A stretch of 64,000 nucleotides of DNA. Source: an uncultured cyanobacterium (GTDB lineage Bacteria; Cyanobacteriota; Cyanobacteriia; Cyanobacteriales; Cyanobacteriaceae). The number at the start of each line of letters is the position of its first letter. The first letter of the stretch is position 1. The DNA is taken from contig CAVVOP010000005.1 in NCBI GenBank assembly GCA_963749915.1, positions 288,001-352,000 on the forward strand, written 5' to 3'. The notes beneath the pieces are model-generated. The model saw nothing but the letters and a program-made list of their open reading frames with translations. It was not told the DNA's origin and did no database searches. Positions 44,641 through 55,277 of this stretch are shown piece after piece. Both the position numbers and the translations under genes were made by a program.

Positions 44641-45522
44641 TTATTCTGAACTCAAAGGCTGAGTTGGTAATACTGGATAAAGTATGCCGTCTTGGGCAAA
44701 AGCTTGTTTAGCTCGTTTAGTTAAATCGCTTTTATAAATAAATTCGTCCCTTGCGTCGAAGGGATAGCACTTTAGTTTAAAATGAGTTCCCCAAGGTTTT
44801 TCTTCCGTGACTACTAAAATAGGAAGTTTGAGTTGCGTATATTTACTGGTATGAGCCACCTGATATAAAATGTGCATCACTCGCTCGACATCTACTGTGT
44901 GAACTAGGTAAAAGTCCGCAACTGTTTGTGCTTCTATGCTACCTTTATTGGCATTAGAAATGGCTTCGGTCCAGATCTTGTTGTGGGGAATCGTCACCAG
45001 ATTATCATTAGGAGTTTTAATAATAATTCCTCTCAAGCCATAGCTCATAATTTCTCCGTAGTAATCGCCAATTTTCACGCGATCGCCCACTTGATAGGGA
45101 GACTCAAATAGAGCTACTATTCCAGCAATCAAAGAACTGGCGTAATCTTTAAAGGCAAAACCGAGGGCAACCGCAACTGTCCCTGTAACTGCGATTAAAT
45201 TATTGGGGGATAAATTCAAAAATAAATTAAGCAGTATTACTCCAGCCAAACCGATCACAAAGGCACGAAAAAAAGGTAAAGATTGCTTGATACTTAGGCG
45301 GAACTTCAGAGATACTTTTTCCGATAACCAGTGAATGAGCTTGTCAATTGCCCACAATCCTCCATAGGCGATCGCAATAATGACTAATCCTTGGATAATC
45401 TTAGGGAAGGTTATTTCAGAGAGAATCCTTGAAGCATTCTCCATCTCACTATTGATTTGAGCTAATGGGTAAACAGAAGGAATAAATACCCAAGTAAGGC
45501 AATCTAGGGGAAAATTAAACAT
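44641..45522 (-). CDS. MscS-family mechanosensitive channel
   Basis: VALGFAFKD, PYQVGDRVKIG, VTIPHNK. Confidence 0.92.
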   Translation of the reverse strand: MFNFPLDCLTWVFIPSVYPLAQINSEMENASRILSEITFPKIIQGLVIIAIAYGGLWAIDKLIHWLSEKVSLKFRLSIKQSLPFFRAFVIGLAGVILLNLFLNLSPNNLIAVTGTVAVALGFAFKDYASSLIAGIVALFESPYQVGDRVKIGDYYGEIMSYGLRGIIIKTPNDNLVTIPHNKIWTEAISNANKGSIEAQTVADFYLVHTVDVERVMHILYQVAHTSKYTQLKLPILVVTEEKPWGTHFKLKCYPFDARDEFIYKSDLTKRAKQAFAQDGILYPVLPTQPLSSE

Positions 45523-46754
45523 TATCTATGTCCTTTAATTAGAAAATTATTGCGAGTTAAATCTTTTTTAAGTTGAGGGTAATAGGCAGGATTAATTGTT
45601 AGTAGCTTATTTCTATGTTCAACCACACCCGAATTGCAGAGAATCTGAACTTGGTTTTGTACCTTAATCTGCTGGTCTCCCAAGCTTACCGCTAACTCGG
45701 ATAAAGTCATTTGCCCATGAAGACAAAGAGAAAATAGTAAATAACGATCATCTTTTGTCAACTCGGGTAAATTTGGTAAGACGATCTTTTGTAAGACGAT
45801 ATTGGGAGAAGAGTCATTTTCATCCTTATCTTCTCGAACTTCTTCGTTAGATTTTTCTTCCTCCTTTTCTATACCCAGAGACAATAACCATAACCTTGAG
45901 GCTACATGACTCAAACCTAGGGAAATTAAAGCTAGATGTTCAAAATAGCTTTGTTGTGATGATGATTCCCAGCCCTCTTCATTCTCGTCATTGAATTGGC
46001 GGTCATCATTTTGCTTTTCTTGATCGTGGCTAAACTCAAATTCAATTGTTTCCGAAACAGGAGTTAACCATTCTTTAAGTTCTATGTCTTTAAGTTCTGG
46101 TAAATAAACAGTCTGTTGGAAATAACTACTAAAATTACCGATAACATCTAAATATTCCCAAGTCAAAGTATTACAACCAATTAGCCAAAATTGAGAACGA
46201 TCTTTAAATAACAAATCTTGAAGATATTCAATGGTATCCAAACCATCAATACAGCGCAAAAAACACCAGTTTAAATCGGGAATTATAAACACAACTTGAT
46301 CAGGATTATCTAGGCTTACATCCTCGAATGAATCAATTTCTTGTGAAAGTTGAAATTTAATCTTGGGATAATCAGGAGGACGATTCGACCAAGATAGAGA
46401 TTTTAGTTGTAAAATGTCTCTTTGTTCCCAATCTGCTAGGACTTCGTTAAATATCTGAGCAAAAGACTCCACCGGACTACCTAAGATTACTAAACTATTA
46501 GGAGCATTTTCTTCTTCTTGCCACAGAGCGATCGCTTCTGATAATTTAGACTTGACGGTTTTCAGATAAGGAGAAGGAGTCGATAAACTATCAATTTTTT
46601 TGCCCAGGGCAATTATCTGAGAAGAAGGAAGTGGATCAAGATTTTTTTGTCTGAGTTGAGCTTCTAACTCAGAGGACTTGGCTTTAAATTCCGCGTGGAC
46701 ATTGGGAAACCAATTCCTAATTTTTTTCTTGATAAACCTGATGTTAAAACCCAT
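45522..46754 (-). CDS. Hypothetical protein with degenerate P-loop-like core and C-terminal winged helix
   Basis: SLVILGSPVES, VFIIPDL, HGQMTLSELAVSLG; TAATG overlap with mscS. Confidence 0.7.
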   Translation of the reverse strand: MGFNIRFIKKKIRNWFPNVHAEFKAKSSELEAQLRQKNLDPLPSSQIIALGKKIDSLSTPSPYLKTVKSKLSEAIALWQEEENAPNSLVILGSPVESFAQIFNEVLADWEQRDILQLKSLSWSNRPPDYPKIKFQLSQEIDSFEDVSLDNPDQVVFIIPDLNWCFLRCIDGLDTIEYLQDLLFKDRSQFWLIGCNTLTWEYLDVIGNFSSYFQQTVYLPELKDIELKEWLTPVSETIEFEFSHDQEKQNDDRQFNDENEEGWESSSQQSYFEHLALISLGLSHVASRLWLLSLGIEKEEEKSNEEVREDKDENDSSPNIVLQKIVLPNLPELTKDDRYLLFSLCLHGQMTLSELAVSLGDQQIKVQNQVQILCNSGVVEHRNKLLTINPAYYPQLKKDLTRNNFLIKGHR

Positions 46755-47059
46755 ATTCTATTTTTATTTCTGATTAAAGTTTGCGGAAAAAGTCATAATC
46801 TAATAGTGGTATAGCAATACAGGATTACATTGGAAAGTTTTTAAATCTTCTAAATTATATAAGTTGAAAACGACATCTAGAAAGAGAAGCTATATCCCAC
46901 AATATTTGGGCATTAATCTCTTAAGTTGACACCAGTGATCTTTATGTCCATGGATACAGTGTTTCCATCCATTATTGGAATGCCTGAAATTGAAACAGAA
47001 AGTGAATCATTTTCCTCTAGGTATAACCATTATTCACCGGAAAGAAAATGGCGTGGTTT

Positions 47060-48082
47060 CTAAGATTTTAGTAAGTTTTTAGCAATTAATAATTCTGCAA
47101 TTTGCACCGCATTTAAAGCCGCACCTTTACGAATTTGATCACCACATAACCACAATTCGATTGCATTTTTGTTAGAAATATCTTGTCTAATTCTACCCAC
47201 TAAAACATCATCTTTCCCTGTTGCATCTATGGGCATAGGAAAATAATTTTTATCCCAGTCTTCCAATAATTTTACTCCTTCAGCTTGAGCAATAATTTCT
47301 CTTGCTTTTGCTACGGAAAAAGGTTGAGCAAATTCAATATTAATCGCTTCTGAATGGGCTCTTAATACGGGTACTCTAACACAGGTGGCACTGATGCGCA
47401 AGGAGTCGTCACTAAAAATCTTGCAAGTTTCGTTCACCATTTTCATTTCCTCCTCACAATAGCTGTTATCCATGAGGGGCGAATTATGGGGAAAGAGGTT
47501 GAAAGCTAGGGGATAGGGTAACACTTCTGGCACAGGATTTTCGCCGTTTAAAATAGCTCGAGCTTGGGTTTTCACTTCTTCCATTGCCCTTGCACCAGCA
47601 CCACTGGCGGATTGATAGGTAGAAACGATGATTCGTTGAATGGGTTGAATTCGATGCAAAGGGTAGATAGCAACCCCCATTAAAATAGTCGTGCAATTGG
47701 GATTAGCAATTATTCCTCGGTGGTTTATTACCGCTTCAGGGTTGATTTCGGGTACAATTAAGGGAACGTCAGGATTCATGCGAAAGGCACTGGAATTGTC
47801 GATCATCACTGCCCCAGAAGATACAATGGTATTTGCCCATGTTTTAGAAGTTGAACCTCCAGCTGATGCCAAGACTATATCAACATCTTTGAAAGAATTT
47901 TCGTCCACAGCCTGAACTTCGATTAACTCGTCTTTAAAAGCTATTTTTTGTCCTGCTGAACGAGGAGATGATAATAATTTCAATTCTTTTACGGGAAAAT
48001 TGCGCTCGATCAGAAGGTTAATAATTTCTGTCCCTACCGCACCCGTCGCCCCTAAAATCCCTATCCGAACTTGATTAGACAA
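47060..48082 (-). CDS. asd: Aspartate-semialdehyde dehydrogenase
   Basis: GATGAVG, IANPNCTT, RKGAALN. Confidence 0.98.
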   Translation of the reverse strand: MSNQVRIGILGATGAVGTEIINLLIERNFPVKELKLLSSPRSAGQKIAFKDELIEVQAVDENSFKDVDIVLASAGGSTSKTWANTIVSSGAVMIDNSSAFRMNPDVPLIVPEINPEAVINHRGIIANPNCTTILMGVAIYPLHRIQPIQRIIVSTYQSASGAGARAMEEVKTQARAILNGENPVPEVLPYPLAFNLFPHNSPLMDNSYCEEEMKMVNETCKIFSDDSLRISATCVRVPVLRAHSEAINIEFAQPFSVAKAREIIAQAEGVKLLEDWDKNYFPMPIDATGKDDVLVGRIRQDISNKNAIELWLCGDQIRKGAALNAVQIAELLIAKNLLKS

Positions 48083-48187
48083 ATAACTTTCCTCCTAATA
48101 ATTAAGCAATAAATTTAATAATAAAAATAAAACTACCGTAAGCAGAACTGTAGATTAAAATTAAGTAATTGTTAATTGTTAATTGAT

Positions 48188-48595
48188 TTAGTATCCTTTT
48201 TTCACGGCAAATTCCACTTGCTTAAACTCTTGAGAGAGACGGGTTTTCAACTTCTCAGGTAAAGGACGATTGCCGTAGGAAGTGTAATAGCCGGCTAAAG
48301 AATTAAGAGCGGTTTGCATGGTGGTAAAGGATTTCAAGCCACCGTAATTGCTGTCCTTACGATAACGAGAAATATACTCATTAATTTGTTTCCTGGCTTC
48401 GTTTTGAGCGGCTTTTTTTGTCTGGACGTCTGACTCTGCCGGCAATTCTATGGCTGTAATCAAGGTTTGTAATACTGATAAGGTATCATTGGTATAATTT
48501 CCTGTTAAACCAGTGGGACTGGCACCACAACCAAATAAACTAATGGTCACAACTAAGACTAGAGCTAAGAGTTTTGATAAATAAGGTTTAATCAT
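48188..48595 (-). CDS. psb27: PSII lipoprotein Psb27
   Basis: LFGC lipobox, SFTTMQTALNSLAGYY. Confidence 0.95.
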   Translation of the reverse strand: MIKPYLSKLLALVLVVTISLFGCGASPTGLTGNYTNDTLSVLQTLITAIELPAESDVQTKKAAQNEARKQINEYISRYRKDSNYGGLKSFTTMQTALNSLAGYYTSYGNRPLPEKLKTRLSQEFKQVEFAVKKGY

Positions 48596-48772
48596 GAGTA
48601 TTTATACGCCATATTTTTACTAGTTTTTTCTGATTTTATCAGTTAAGGGATCAACAATGAGTTCTGAGTTCGGAGTGATAATATTTTGCAGGGAAAAAAC
48701 GGGAATTAGCTTTTGTGAATTTCAACATAAATACTTTAAAAATTTAATCTGATTTCTACTATTAGAAAGGTT

Positions 48773-49330
48773 TGAGTACTGCCATCGCCAATATAACAAT
48801 CTTCAGGGAATCTCCACCTTCTTCCAACTTGTTCAATAATAAGGGTATATCCGCCGGTTGTTTATATCAGCAATCCAGAGGGCATTAAACAAGTTTTAAC
48901 TGCTGAACCGGAACAGTTTATCGTGGGCAAAGGCAATCGCATTTTAAGATTTTTACTCGGAGATAAATCCCGAAGATATTCTCTGTCTGTTGTTATTAGC
49001 AAAGGGCGAAGATGGACAACAAATGAGCAATGAAGAGTTACATGATAATTTAATTAGTTTATTGACTGCTGGTCACGAAACCACTGCTTCTGCTCTGGTA
49101 TGGGCATTATATTGGATTGACTATATCCCCGAAGTGCGAGATAAATTACGGGCAGAAATTGCTGACTTGGGAGAAAATCCAGACCCGATGGAAATAGCTC
49201 GTCTCCCTTATCTGAGTAATGAAATTGGTAATTGCCAGTATAGTTTCCCATTTTGACCTAAAATTGGTTAATTATCGCCCTGTGCGACCTGTACGTCGAG
49301 GTTTGACTTTCGCCCCACCAAATATTAAGG
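48773..49330 (+). pseudogene. Cytochrome P450 (CYP110-like) remnant
   Basis: Fragments PVVYISNPEGIKQV, LLTAGHETTA, RPVRRGLTFAP in different frames; no heme-Cys motif. Confidence 0.85.
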
Positions 49331-49373
49331 CGATCGCTATTTTAAATTATTTTGTATTTACTTTAATTACATT

Positions 49374-50003
49374 ATGTCCACTTTTGTTTTTTTATGGACT
49401 CTTAGTTCATCTCTATTTTTTTTGATTCCAGCAATTATTTTCAGACTAGGTTCTCTGAATGTTGTATTTCAATCTGTTGCGTTGGTACTAACTGCCGATT
49501 GGATTCTATTAGGTTTAGCACAATGGCGACTCTTAAATCCATATCTTGCTAACGCCTATACTTGGGGTGTCGTAACTATAGTTGGTGGAACAATTATCTC
49601 TGGTTTATGGATAATCACTATAGGATTGGGATTGTTTATTTTTGGAGTAACAGCTTTTAGCGATAAGAATTTTTTTGCTGTTAGACTTCTGTTGTTTTTA
49701 GTGAATCTTCTTGTCTTCTTCGGCTTGGGATATTTATTTGGCTGGTTGCAAATACAAGTACTTAAACAGTCAATAGTTTTAGATGGAACCGATTATTTAC
49801 CGTTAAAAATGGGTTTTTATTGGCTATGGAACATTCCCATATCATTAATAGCTTCCATTGCCATAACGACTTCTGTAGGACCATTTGATAAATACATACT
49901 GTTCTACGTGTTTACAACCTTAATAACCATAATTTTTATAATTGTCAGCAATTTGATATATGGTTTCAAGCTAGAGCAAATATTAACAACTTCGTCAATA
50001 TAA
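49374..50003 (+). CDS. Hypothetical multi-pass membrane protein
   Basis: About six hydrophobic segments, GLAQW motif. Confidence 0.6.
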   Translation: MSTFVFLWTLSSSLFFLIPAIIFRLGSLNVVFQSVALVLTADWILLGLAQWRLLNPYLANAYTWGVVTIVGGTIISGLWIITIGLGLFIFGVTAFSDKNFFAVRLLLFLVNLLVFFGLGYLFGWLQIQVLKQSIVLDGTDYLPLKMGFYWLWNIPISLIASIAITTSVGPFDKYILFYVFTTLITIIFIIVSNLIYGFKLEQILTTSSI

Positions 50004-50244
50004 TCAACACCTTCGTCAAAATGAAACAGGATTTGAACACAAAAACTATAAAAATGTTCAAATATGACGTGATGATTCTATCAAAATAGTACTTAAATCC
50101 TACTTTATAAGCCTCTAGGGGGGATTGAAAAAATTTAAGGTTTATTCGACGATGAAATAGTATTGCACAATTGAAGTCTTTTAAAAATCGCCGTTGCTAA
50201 CTAAACCAAGTATATATAAGGATTAAAAATCGGGATGGAAGTCG

Positions 50245-50772
50245 ATGTTAAATAAATTATCAAGGATTGGTTTCGGGTTTATCGTTGTTTTTGGGGTGAC
50301 CACTTCTAAGGTGCTAGCTCATGGTAGTGTTATTACTTACAAGCCTAAGGAAGTTATAGAAATCGATGCTAAATACGATAACGGAAAGCCGATGGAAAAT
50401 GCCCAAGTAGTGATTTATTCTCCTAGCAATCCAACACAACTTTGGTTGACGGGGATGACGGATGAGAAGGGAAAATTTATTTTTACCCCCGATTTTTCTC
50501 AAGGGGGAGATTGGACTGTTAAAGTTAGATCCGCTGGACATGGTGGTATTGTTTATATACCCGTCGAGTCATTATCGACCCAAGAAACCAATGAGGTAAA
50601 TTCTTCTCAACCCTCAGAATCTCGAGCAAATAACCAGATAGTAAAATCTCCATCCCCAGAATTGGAAGAAAGGACTTCATCTCCTACTATGTTGCAAAAA
50701 TTGATGATGGCGGCAACGGGAGTGTGGGGTTTTGTAGGTACAGCTTTATTTTTTTCACGCAAAAAGTTTTAA
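50245..50772 (+). CDS. Ni/Co transporter accessory exported protein
   Basis: Signal ending LAH, GHG motif, C-terminal TM; precedes cbiM. Confidence 0.8.
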   Translation: MLNKLSRIGFGFIVVFGVTTSKVLAHGSVITYKPKEVIEIDAKYDNGKPMENAQVVIYSPSNPTQLWLTGMTDEKGKFIFTPDFSQGGDWTVKVRSAGHGGIVYIPVESLSTQETNEVNSSQPSESRANNQIVKSPSPELEERTSSPTMLQKLMMAATGVWGFVGTALFFSRKKF

Positions 50773-50783
50773 TTAGATCAAAT

Positions 50784-51422
50784 ATGCACATCCCTGATGG
50801 ATTATTACCCCCTTCCGTTTGTATTGCTAGTTATGCCATTACCGGGGGTCTTACTTGGTTTTCGTTGCGTCAAATTAGCCGACAAGAAGACTATCAACAA
50901 CAAATTCCCACAGCTTCTTTATTAACAGCGGCTTTTTTTGCGTCTTCCCTCATCCATATTCCCATCCCCCCTTTTAGTATTCATCTGGTTTTAAACGGTG
51001 TCATGGGGTTAATTTTGGGCTACTATGCTTTTCCTAGTATTTTAATCGGCTTATTTTTTCAAGCCGTCTTTTTTCAACATGGCGGTTTATCAACTTTAGG
51101 TATCAATGCCATTATTATGGGGTTACCTTCTTTGCTGGCTTATCATCTTTGGTTGTTAAGAAAATTACCCCTTTTTAATAATTCTTTAGGCAATAATATT
51201 TTGGCTTTTTTTGTAGGGGGAATTGGTGTTTTTCTTTCGGCTTTACTTTTTGTTTTTATAACTGTCAATAATATTTCTCCTGATTTGAATATTAATGCTG
51301 AAAAAACCGCTATTTTAACCTCTTTAATTGGCTACGGTCTTCAGGCTATAATTGAAGGAACTTTAACGGTGATGTTAGTTAATTTTTTCCATAAAGTTAA
51401 ACCCGAAATACTAAATAATTAG
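50784..51422 (+). CDS. cbiM: Co/Ni ECF substrate component
   Basis: MHIPDG N-terminus, HGGLSTLGIN. Confidence 0.93.
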   Translation: MHIPDGLLPPSVCIASYAITGGLTWFSLRQISRQEDYQQQIPTASLLTAAFFASSLIHIPIPPFSIHLVLNGVMGLILGYYAFPSILIGLFFQAVFFQHGGLSTLGINAIIMGLPSLLAYHLWLLRKLPLFNNSLGNNILAFFVGGIGVFLSALLFVFITVNNISPDLNINAEKTAILTSLIGYGLQAIIEGTLTVMLVNFFHKVKPEILNN

Positions 51423-51427
51423 TAAAA

Positions 51428-52198
51428 ATGAAGTTATTATTAGATCAATACGCCCATTTAGATTCCTATATTCATCGTTGGCAACAGCAACCGAAATTTA
51501 TTGCTTTAATGAGCTTAATTTTTGCCTTTGCTTTTATAAAAAACTTGGTATTTTTACCTTTCATTATTGTTATCACTTTAGTCTTGTATTTATCTTCCAA
51601 TTTACCTTTAAATTTTTTATTATCTCGTCTTCGCTATCCGGGTATTTTCATCGTTGCTGTTGTTATTCTATTGCCTTTTTTAGTTGGTAAAACTGTCATT
51701 TTTTCCTTTTTTATTCTTCAGATTAAACTAGAAGGTTGTCTTTTAGTTCTCTTAGTTGTGACTCGCTTTGTTTGCATATTAACTACGAGTTTAGTCTTGT
51801 TTGGCACTTCTCCTTTTCTCACGATTCTAAAAACTCTGAAGTCTTTGGGTTTGTCTCCCATTATTAGTGATATGATGTTATTAACTTATCGTTACTTAGA
51901 AGAATTCGGCGATCGCTTAACTACCATGGAAAGGGGATTAAGGTTAAAAGGTTTTTATCCTCATAGGTTAAATCGTCGAAATTTGAGGATAATCGCCAAT
52001 TTAATGGGAAGTTTGCTAGTTAGAAGCTATGATCAGTCAAAATTAGTCTATCAAGCTATGATTTTAAGAGGTTATGGTTATCATTGTCAATTATCAAAAA
52101 AAGTTTCCCCGTCGGCAATTAATGTTAAACACTGGTTAGCCTGTTGTATAGTTGTAGGAATAAGTATAAGTATCGTTATTATTCAATTTTGGATTTAA
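51428..52198 (+). CDS. cbiQ: Co/Ni ECF transmembrane component
   Basis: DSYIHRW, TYRYL, AMILRGY. Confidence 0.92.
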   Translation: MKLLLDQYAHLDSYIHRWQQQPKFIALMSLIFAFAFIKNLVFLPFIIVITLVLYLSSNLPLNFLLSRLRYPGIFIVAVVILLPFLVGKTVIFSFFILQIKLEGCLLVLLVVTRFVCILTTSLVLFGTSPFLTILKTLKSLGLSPIISDMMLLTYRYLEEFGDRLTTMERGLRLKGFYPHRLNRRNLRIIANLMGSLLVRSYDQSKLVYQAMILRGYGYHCQLSKKVSPSAINVKHWLACCIVVGISISIVIIQFWI

Positions 52199-52863
52199 TT
52201 TTTTAATAAATTCTCTGTCAAAATCGCTAATTTTTCCAACTCTTTTTCTAGTGATTTCGCCTTTTTTTCGTGTTCTCGTTTCCGTTTTATCGCCTCCCTT
52301 GCCAAATCATCTCGATTATTTTGTATCGCCTTAATAGCTACTTTTTCCCATATATTAATTTCATCTAAATTTTGGCGATATTGAGGTTGAATTTGATCCC
52401 AAACCGTTCTAATTTGATCTAAAGCTGTATTAACCATATTTTGATTATTAACATGATCAAATCCTTGAAAAGCCCGTTTAAGAGGATCTAACAACTTAAA
52501 AGTATCCAATTTATTAATAGCAGGAATAAAATCTTTTATCTGTTGACTCTCATTAATGCCCGTTTTACACCATGTCGCAAAATGTTCACAATTATTAAAC
52601 AACAAATTATACTTATTTTCCCCTAAACGACTAAAAGCACGTTTTACGGCTACTTCGGGAATAAAAGAAAAACCAGCCGGATATTGACGTGAATAAACTC
52701 GATTACCTTTACTAAAAATGTCAAAAGAAGTTTGCTCAATAATTTCACTTGGTTTACGATAATGAATAACACTACCATCACCAATGTCAATGCCGTGATG
52801 TTGATAAATACCATCTAAATTAGCCAACTCACGCCACACATAAATTTGATCTCCGAATGCCAT
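52195..52863 (-). CDS. LRAT/NC-domain protein with PspA-like C-terminal coiled coil
   Basis: HHGID...VIHY, NNCEHFATWC; RDDLAREAIKRK. Confidence 0.88.
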   Translation of the reverse strand: MAFGDQIYVWRELANLDGIYQHHGIDIGDGSVIHYRKPSEIIEQTSFDIFSKGNRVYSRQYPAGFSFIPEVAVKRAFSRLGENKYNLLFNNCEHFATWCKTGINESQQIKDFIPAINKLDTFKLLDPLKRAFQGFDHVNNQNMVNTALDQIRTVWDQIQPQYRQNLDEINIWEKVAIKAIQNNRDDLAREAIKRKREHEKKAKSLEKELEKLAILTENLLKN

Positions 52864-52945
52864 ACACTTAATTGATAATGAAGGGAACAGGGAATAGGGA
52901 AAAGGCAACAGTATAAACTTGTCGTTAATTGTTAATTGTTAATTG

Positions 52946-53662
52946 TTAATTATTAATTGCCATAATAGAATTATAAGCCTGTTGGGCTGCGGCCTGTTGA
53001 GAGGCTTTTTTCGTAGCACCCTTTCCTGTACCTAATAATTTGTCCTGCAACCAGACTTCAGCAGTAAAACGCTCATTTTCATCATCTAAAATCTCGTTTT
53101 GTTTTACATTATAAGTAGGTAACAATTTATATTGACTTTGACTCCATTCTTGTAAAGCATCTTTATAATTTTCCCTAGCAGGATCGGCGTGTACTTGAGC
53201 AGCTTTTTCTTGTAAGATGGGATCAAGCCAAGGGCGTACTAATGTCATGTTTTTTGTACTTTCATATAATGCCCCTAATACTGCCTCAAAAGCATCCGCT
53301 AGACGGGACATTTTGCCCAGTTTATCATTTCTTACCCCCGGTGTCATCAAAAGGTATAATTCAAAACTGTATTCTTCCGCAACTTCTGCTAAAAAACGAT
53401 CGCTGACGATGATAGATCTAATAGCCGCAAATTCCCCCACGGGTAGATGAGGATAAGTTTCTAAAAGTAATTCCGCAGAAGCAAGACGAATAACGGCATC
53501 TCCCACAAATTCCAAATGTTCGTAGTTATGGGTTTGAGAGATACTAGGATGGGTTAAAGCTAAGTCTAATAATGACCAATTGACTGCGGATATGTCTTTT
53601 AAACCCAGTTTCTCTAGTAATTTTAGCAGTTCTCGTTTTCGTCTTTGATCTTGAATGGGCAT
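52946..53662 (-). CDS. rnc: Ribonuclease III
   Basis: EHLEFVGDA, ADAFEAVLGA, dsRBD. Confidence 0.95.
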   Translation of the reverse strand: MPIQDQRRKRELLKLLEKLGLKDISAVNWSLLDLALTHPSISQTHNYEHLEFVGDAVIRLASAELLLETYPHLPVGEFAAIRSIIVSDRFLAEVAEEYSFELYLLMTPGVRNDKLGKMSRLADAFEAVLGALYESTKNMTLVRPWLDPILQEKAAQVHADPARENYKDALQEWSQSQYKLLPTYNVKQNEILDDENERFTAEVWLQDKLLGTGKGATKKASQQAAAQQAYNSIMAINN

Positions 53663-53716
53663 ATCAAGTATTAAGTAATAAATAATACGGAAAGGGTGAT
53701 AGGGAATAATTGTTCA

Positions 53717-54700
53717 TTATTCATTGTTCATTGTTTTTAATGCTTGACGCACAATATCTGAACCACCATTAAAAGTGTTGCCATTTTCGGACAGGTATCG
53801 TTTCCACAGTTTTGTCCCGGGTTGTTTAGCAAAAATTTGCAACAGGTGACGCATTATAGTGTTTAATTTTAGTTTCTCAGTAGTCCAAAAGTCAATATAA
53901 GGATAAAGAGATTCTATAATTTCTTTTCTGGTTAGGACGGGATAATCTTCTCCGTAAATTTCTTGGTCAATAAAGGCAAAAAGATAGGGATTATCATAGG
54001 CCGCCCGACCAATCATGACGCCATCCACAAAATTAAGGTGCTGTTTTATTTCTTCTGTGGTGTTGATACCGCCATTAATTTCGATGGTGAGATGGGGAAA
54101 GTCTTGCTTGAGTTGATAGACCTCTTGATAACGCAGGGGTGGAATTTCACGGTTTTCTTTTGGGCTTAAACCTTGTAACCATGCCTTTCTTGCGTGGATA
54201 ATAAATCTTTGACAACCACTATCAGCGATAGTCTTAACAAAGTTTTTCATGTCTTCATAACTGTCTTGGTTATCAATGCCGATGCGGTGTTTAATGGTAA
54301 CGGGTATTTCCACGGCTTTTTGCATTGCCTCCACGCACTGTGCCACAATTTCTGGTCTTGCCATTAAACAAGCCCCAAAGTTGGCATTTTGTACTCTTGA
54401 ACTGGGGCAGCCGACGTTAAGATTAATTTCATCATAGCCCCAATCTTCGCCGATTCTGGAACATTTCGCCAATTCTTGGGGATTATCTCCCCCTAATTGC
54501 AAGGATACGGGTTTTTCTTTCTCCGAAAAATCTAATAGTTTGTGGCGATCGCCGTGTATGATAGCTTGAGTCGTAATCATCTCCGTATAAAGTAGAGTTT
54601 TTTTTGTCATTTGACGGATAACATAGCGAAAGTGTCTATCTGTGTAATCCATCATTGGAGCAACGCTAATAATGGGAGGTTGAATCGCATTAATAGTCAT
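53717..54700 (-). CDS. dusA: tRNA-dihydrouridine synthase A
   Basis: VAPMMDYTDRHFR, NLNVGCPS, HARKAWLQGLSPKENR. Confidence 0.97.
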   Translation of the reverse strand: MTINAIQPPIISVAPMMDYTDRHFRYVIRQMTKKTLLYTEMITTQAIIHGDRHKLLDFSEKEKPVSLQLGGDNPQELAKCSRIGEDWGYDEINLNVGCPSSRVQNANFGACLMARPEIVAQCVEAMQKAVEIPVTIKHRIGIDNQDSYEDMKNFVKTIADSGCQRFIIHARKAWLQGLSPKENREIPPLRYQEVYQLKQDFPHLTIEINGGINTTEEIKQHLNFVDGVMIGRAAYDNPYLFAFIDQEIYGEDYPVLTRKEIIESLYPYIDFWTTEKLKLNTIMRHLLQIFAKQPGTKLWKRYLSENGNTFNGGSDIVRQALKTMNNE

Positions 54701-54778
54701 AAAATTGGGCTGGTAAAATAATTTAATTCAGAGCAACTTAAGAGTTAAAATTGACATTGTGCAAATACAGGAAAAAAG

Positions 54779-55159
54779 ATGTCTAGTATTGAGAAACTAA
54801 AACCTGCCACTAAAGCCGATACTCTCATGTATCAACCTTACTATGGAAAAGAAGAACAGGAAATATTACCCTATGCTTTAAGTCTATATCAACAGGGATA
54901 CCTTGAAGGGGAAAGAATTATTGAAGGGGAAGAAGCGAATATTCCCTTTGTTGCCACTTGGTATGTATCTCGTTTGCCCGCGGAAATAACTCGTTGTCGT
55001 ATTCAATTTGACGGTAGTGCAGATTTGAGTTATGAGATGAACATGTCTAATTCTGAATTTGTACAATTTATTATTTCACTCATCAAAGACTTTAAAGAAT
55101 CCCACCAAACGGATTTTTCTCAAAAATTCTATCGTAAACTTTTACGCCTCGACGACTAA
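54779..55159 (+). CDS. ebsA: EbsA family protein
   Basis: YQPYY...LPYALSLYQQG.LEGER.IEG, FYRKLL. Confidence 0.82.
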   Translation: MSSIEKLKPATKADTLMYQPYYGKEEQEILPYALSLYQQGYLEGERIIEGEEANIPFVATWYVSRLPAEITRCRIQFDGSADLSYEMNMSNSEFVQFIISLIKDFKESHQTDFSQKFYRKLLRLDD

Positions 55160-55277
55160 AGCAATGAGTAATGATTATCAGCAATTATTTTCTGTTGCTT
55201 AATCCTCAAATCTTCAAAGTGGTCAGATTTCTATTAATCATTTAAACTAAGTAAAGTTACAAAACTTAATTAATGTT

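Noticed and set aside
49985..50180. CRISPR leader or array, or cobalamin riboswitch
   Set aside because: Only a short CTTCGTCAA duplication; no spaced repeats or B12-box; no cas genes in the window
52926..52952. Short heptamer repeats (TTAATTG and similar) in many spacers
   Set aside because: Ordinary cyanobacterial short tandem repeats
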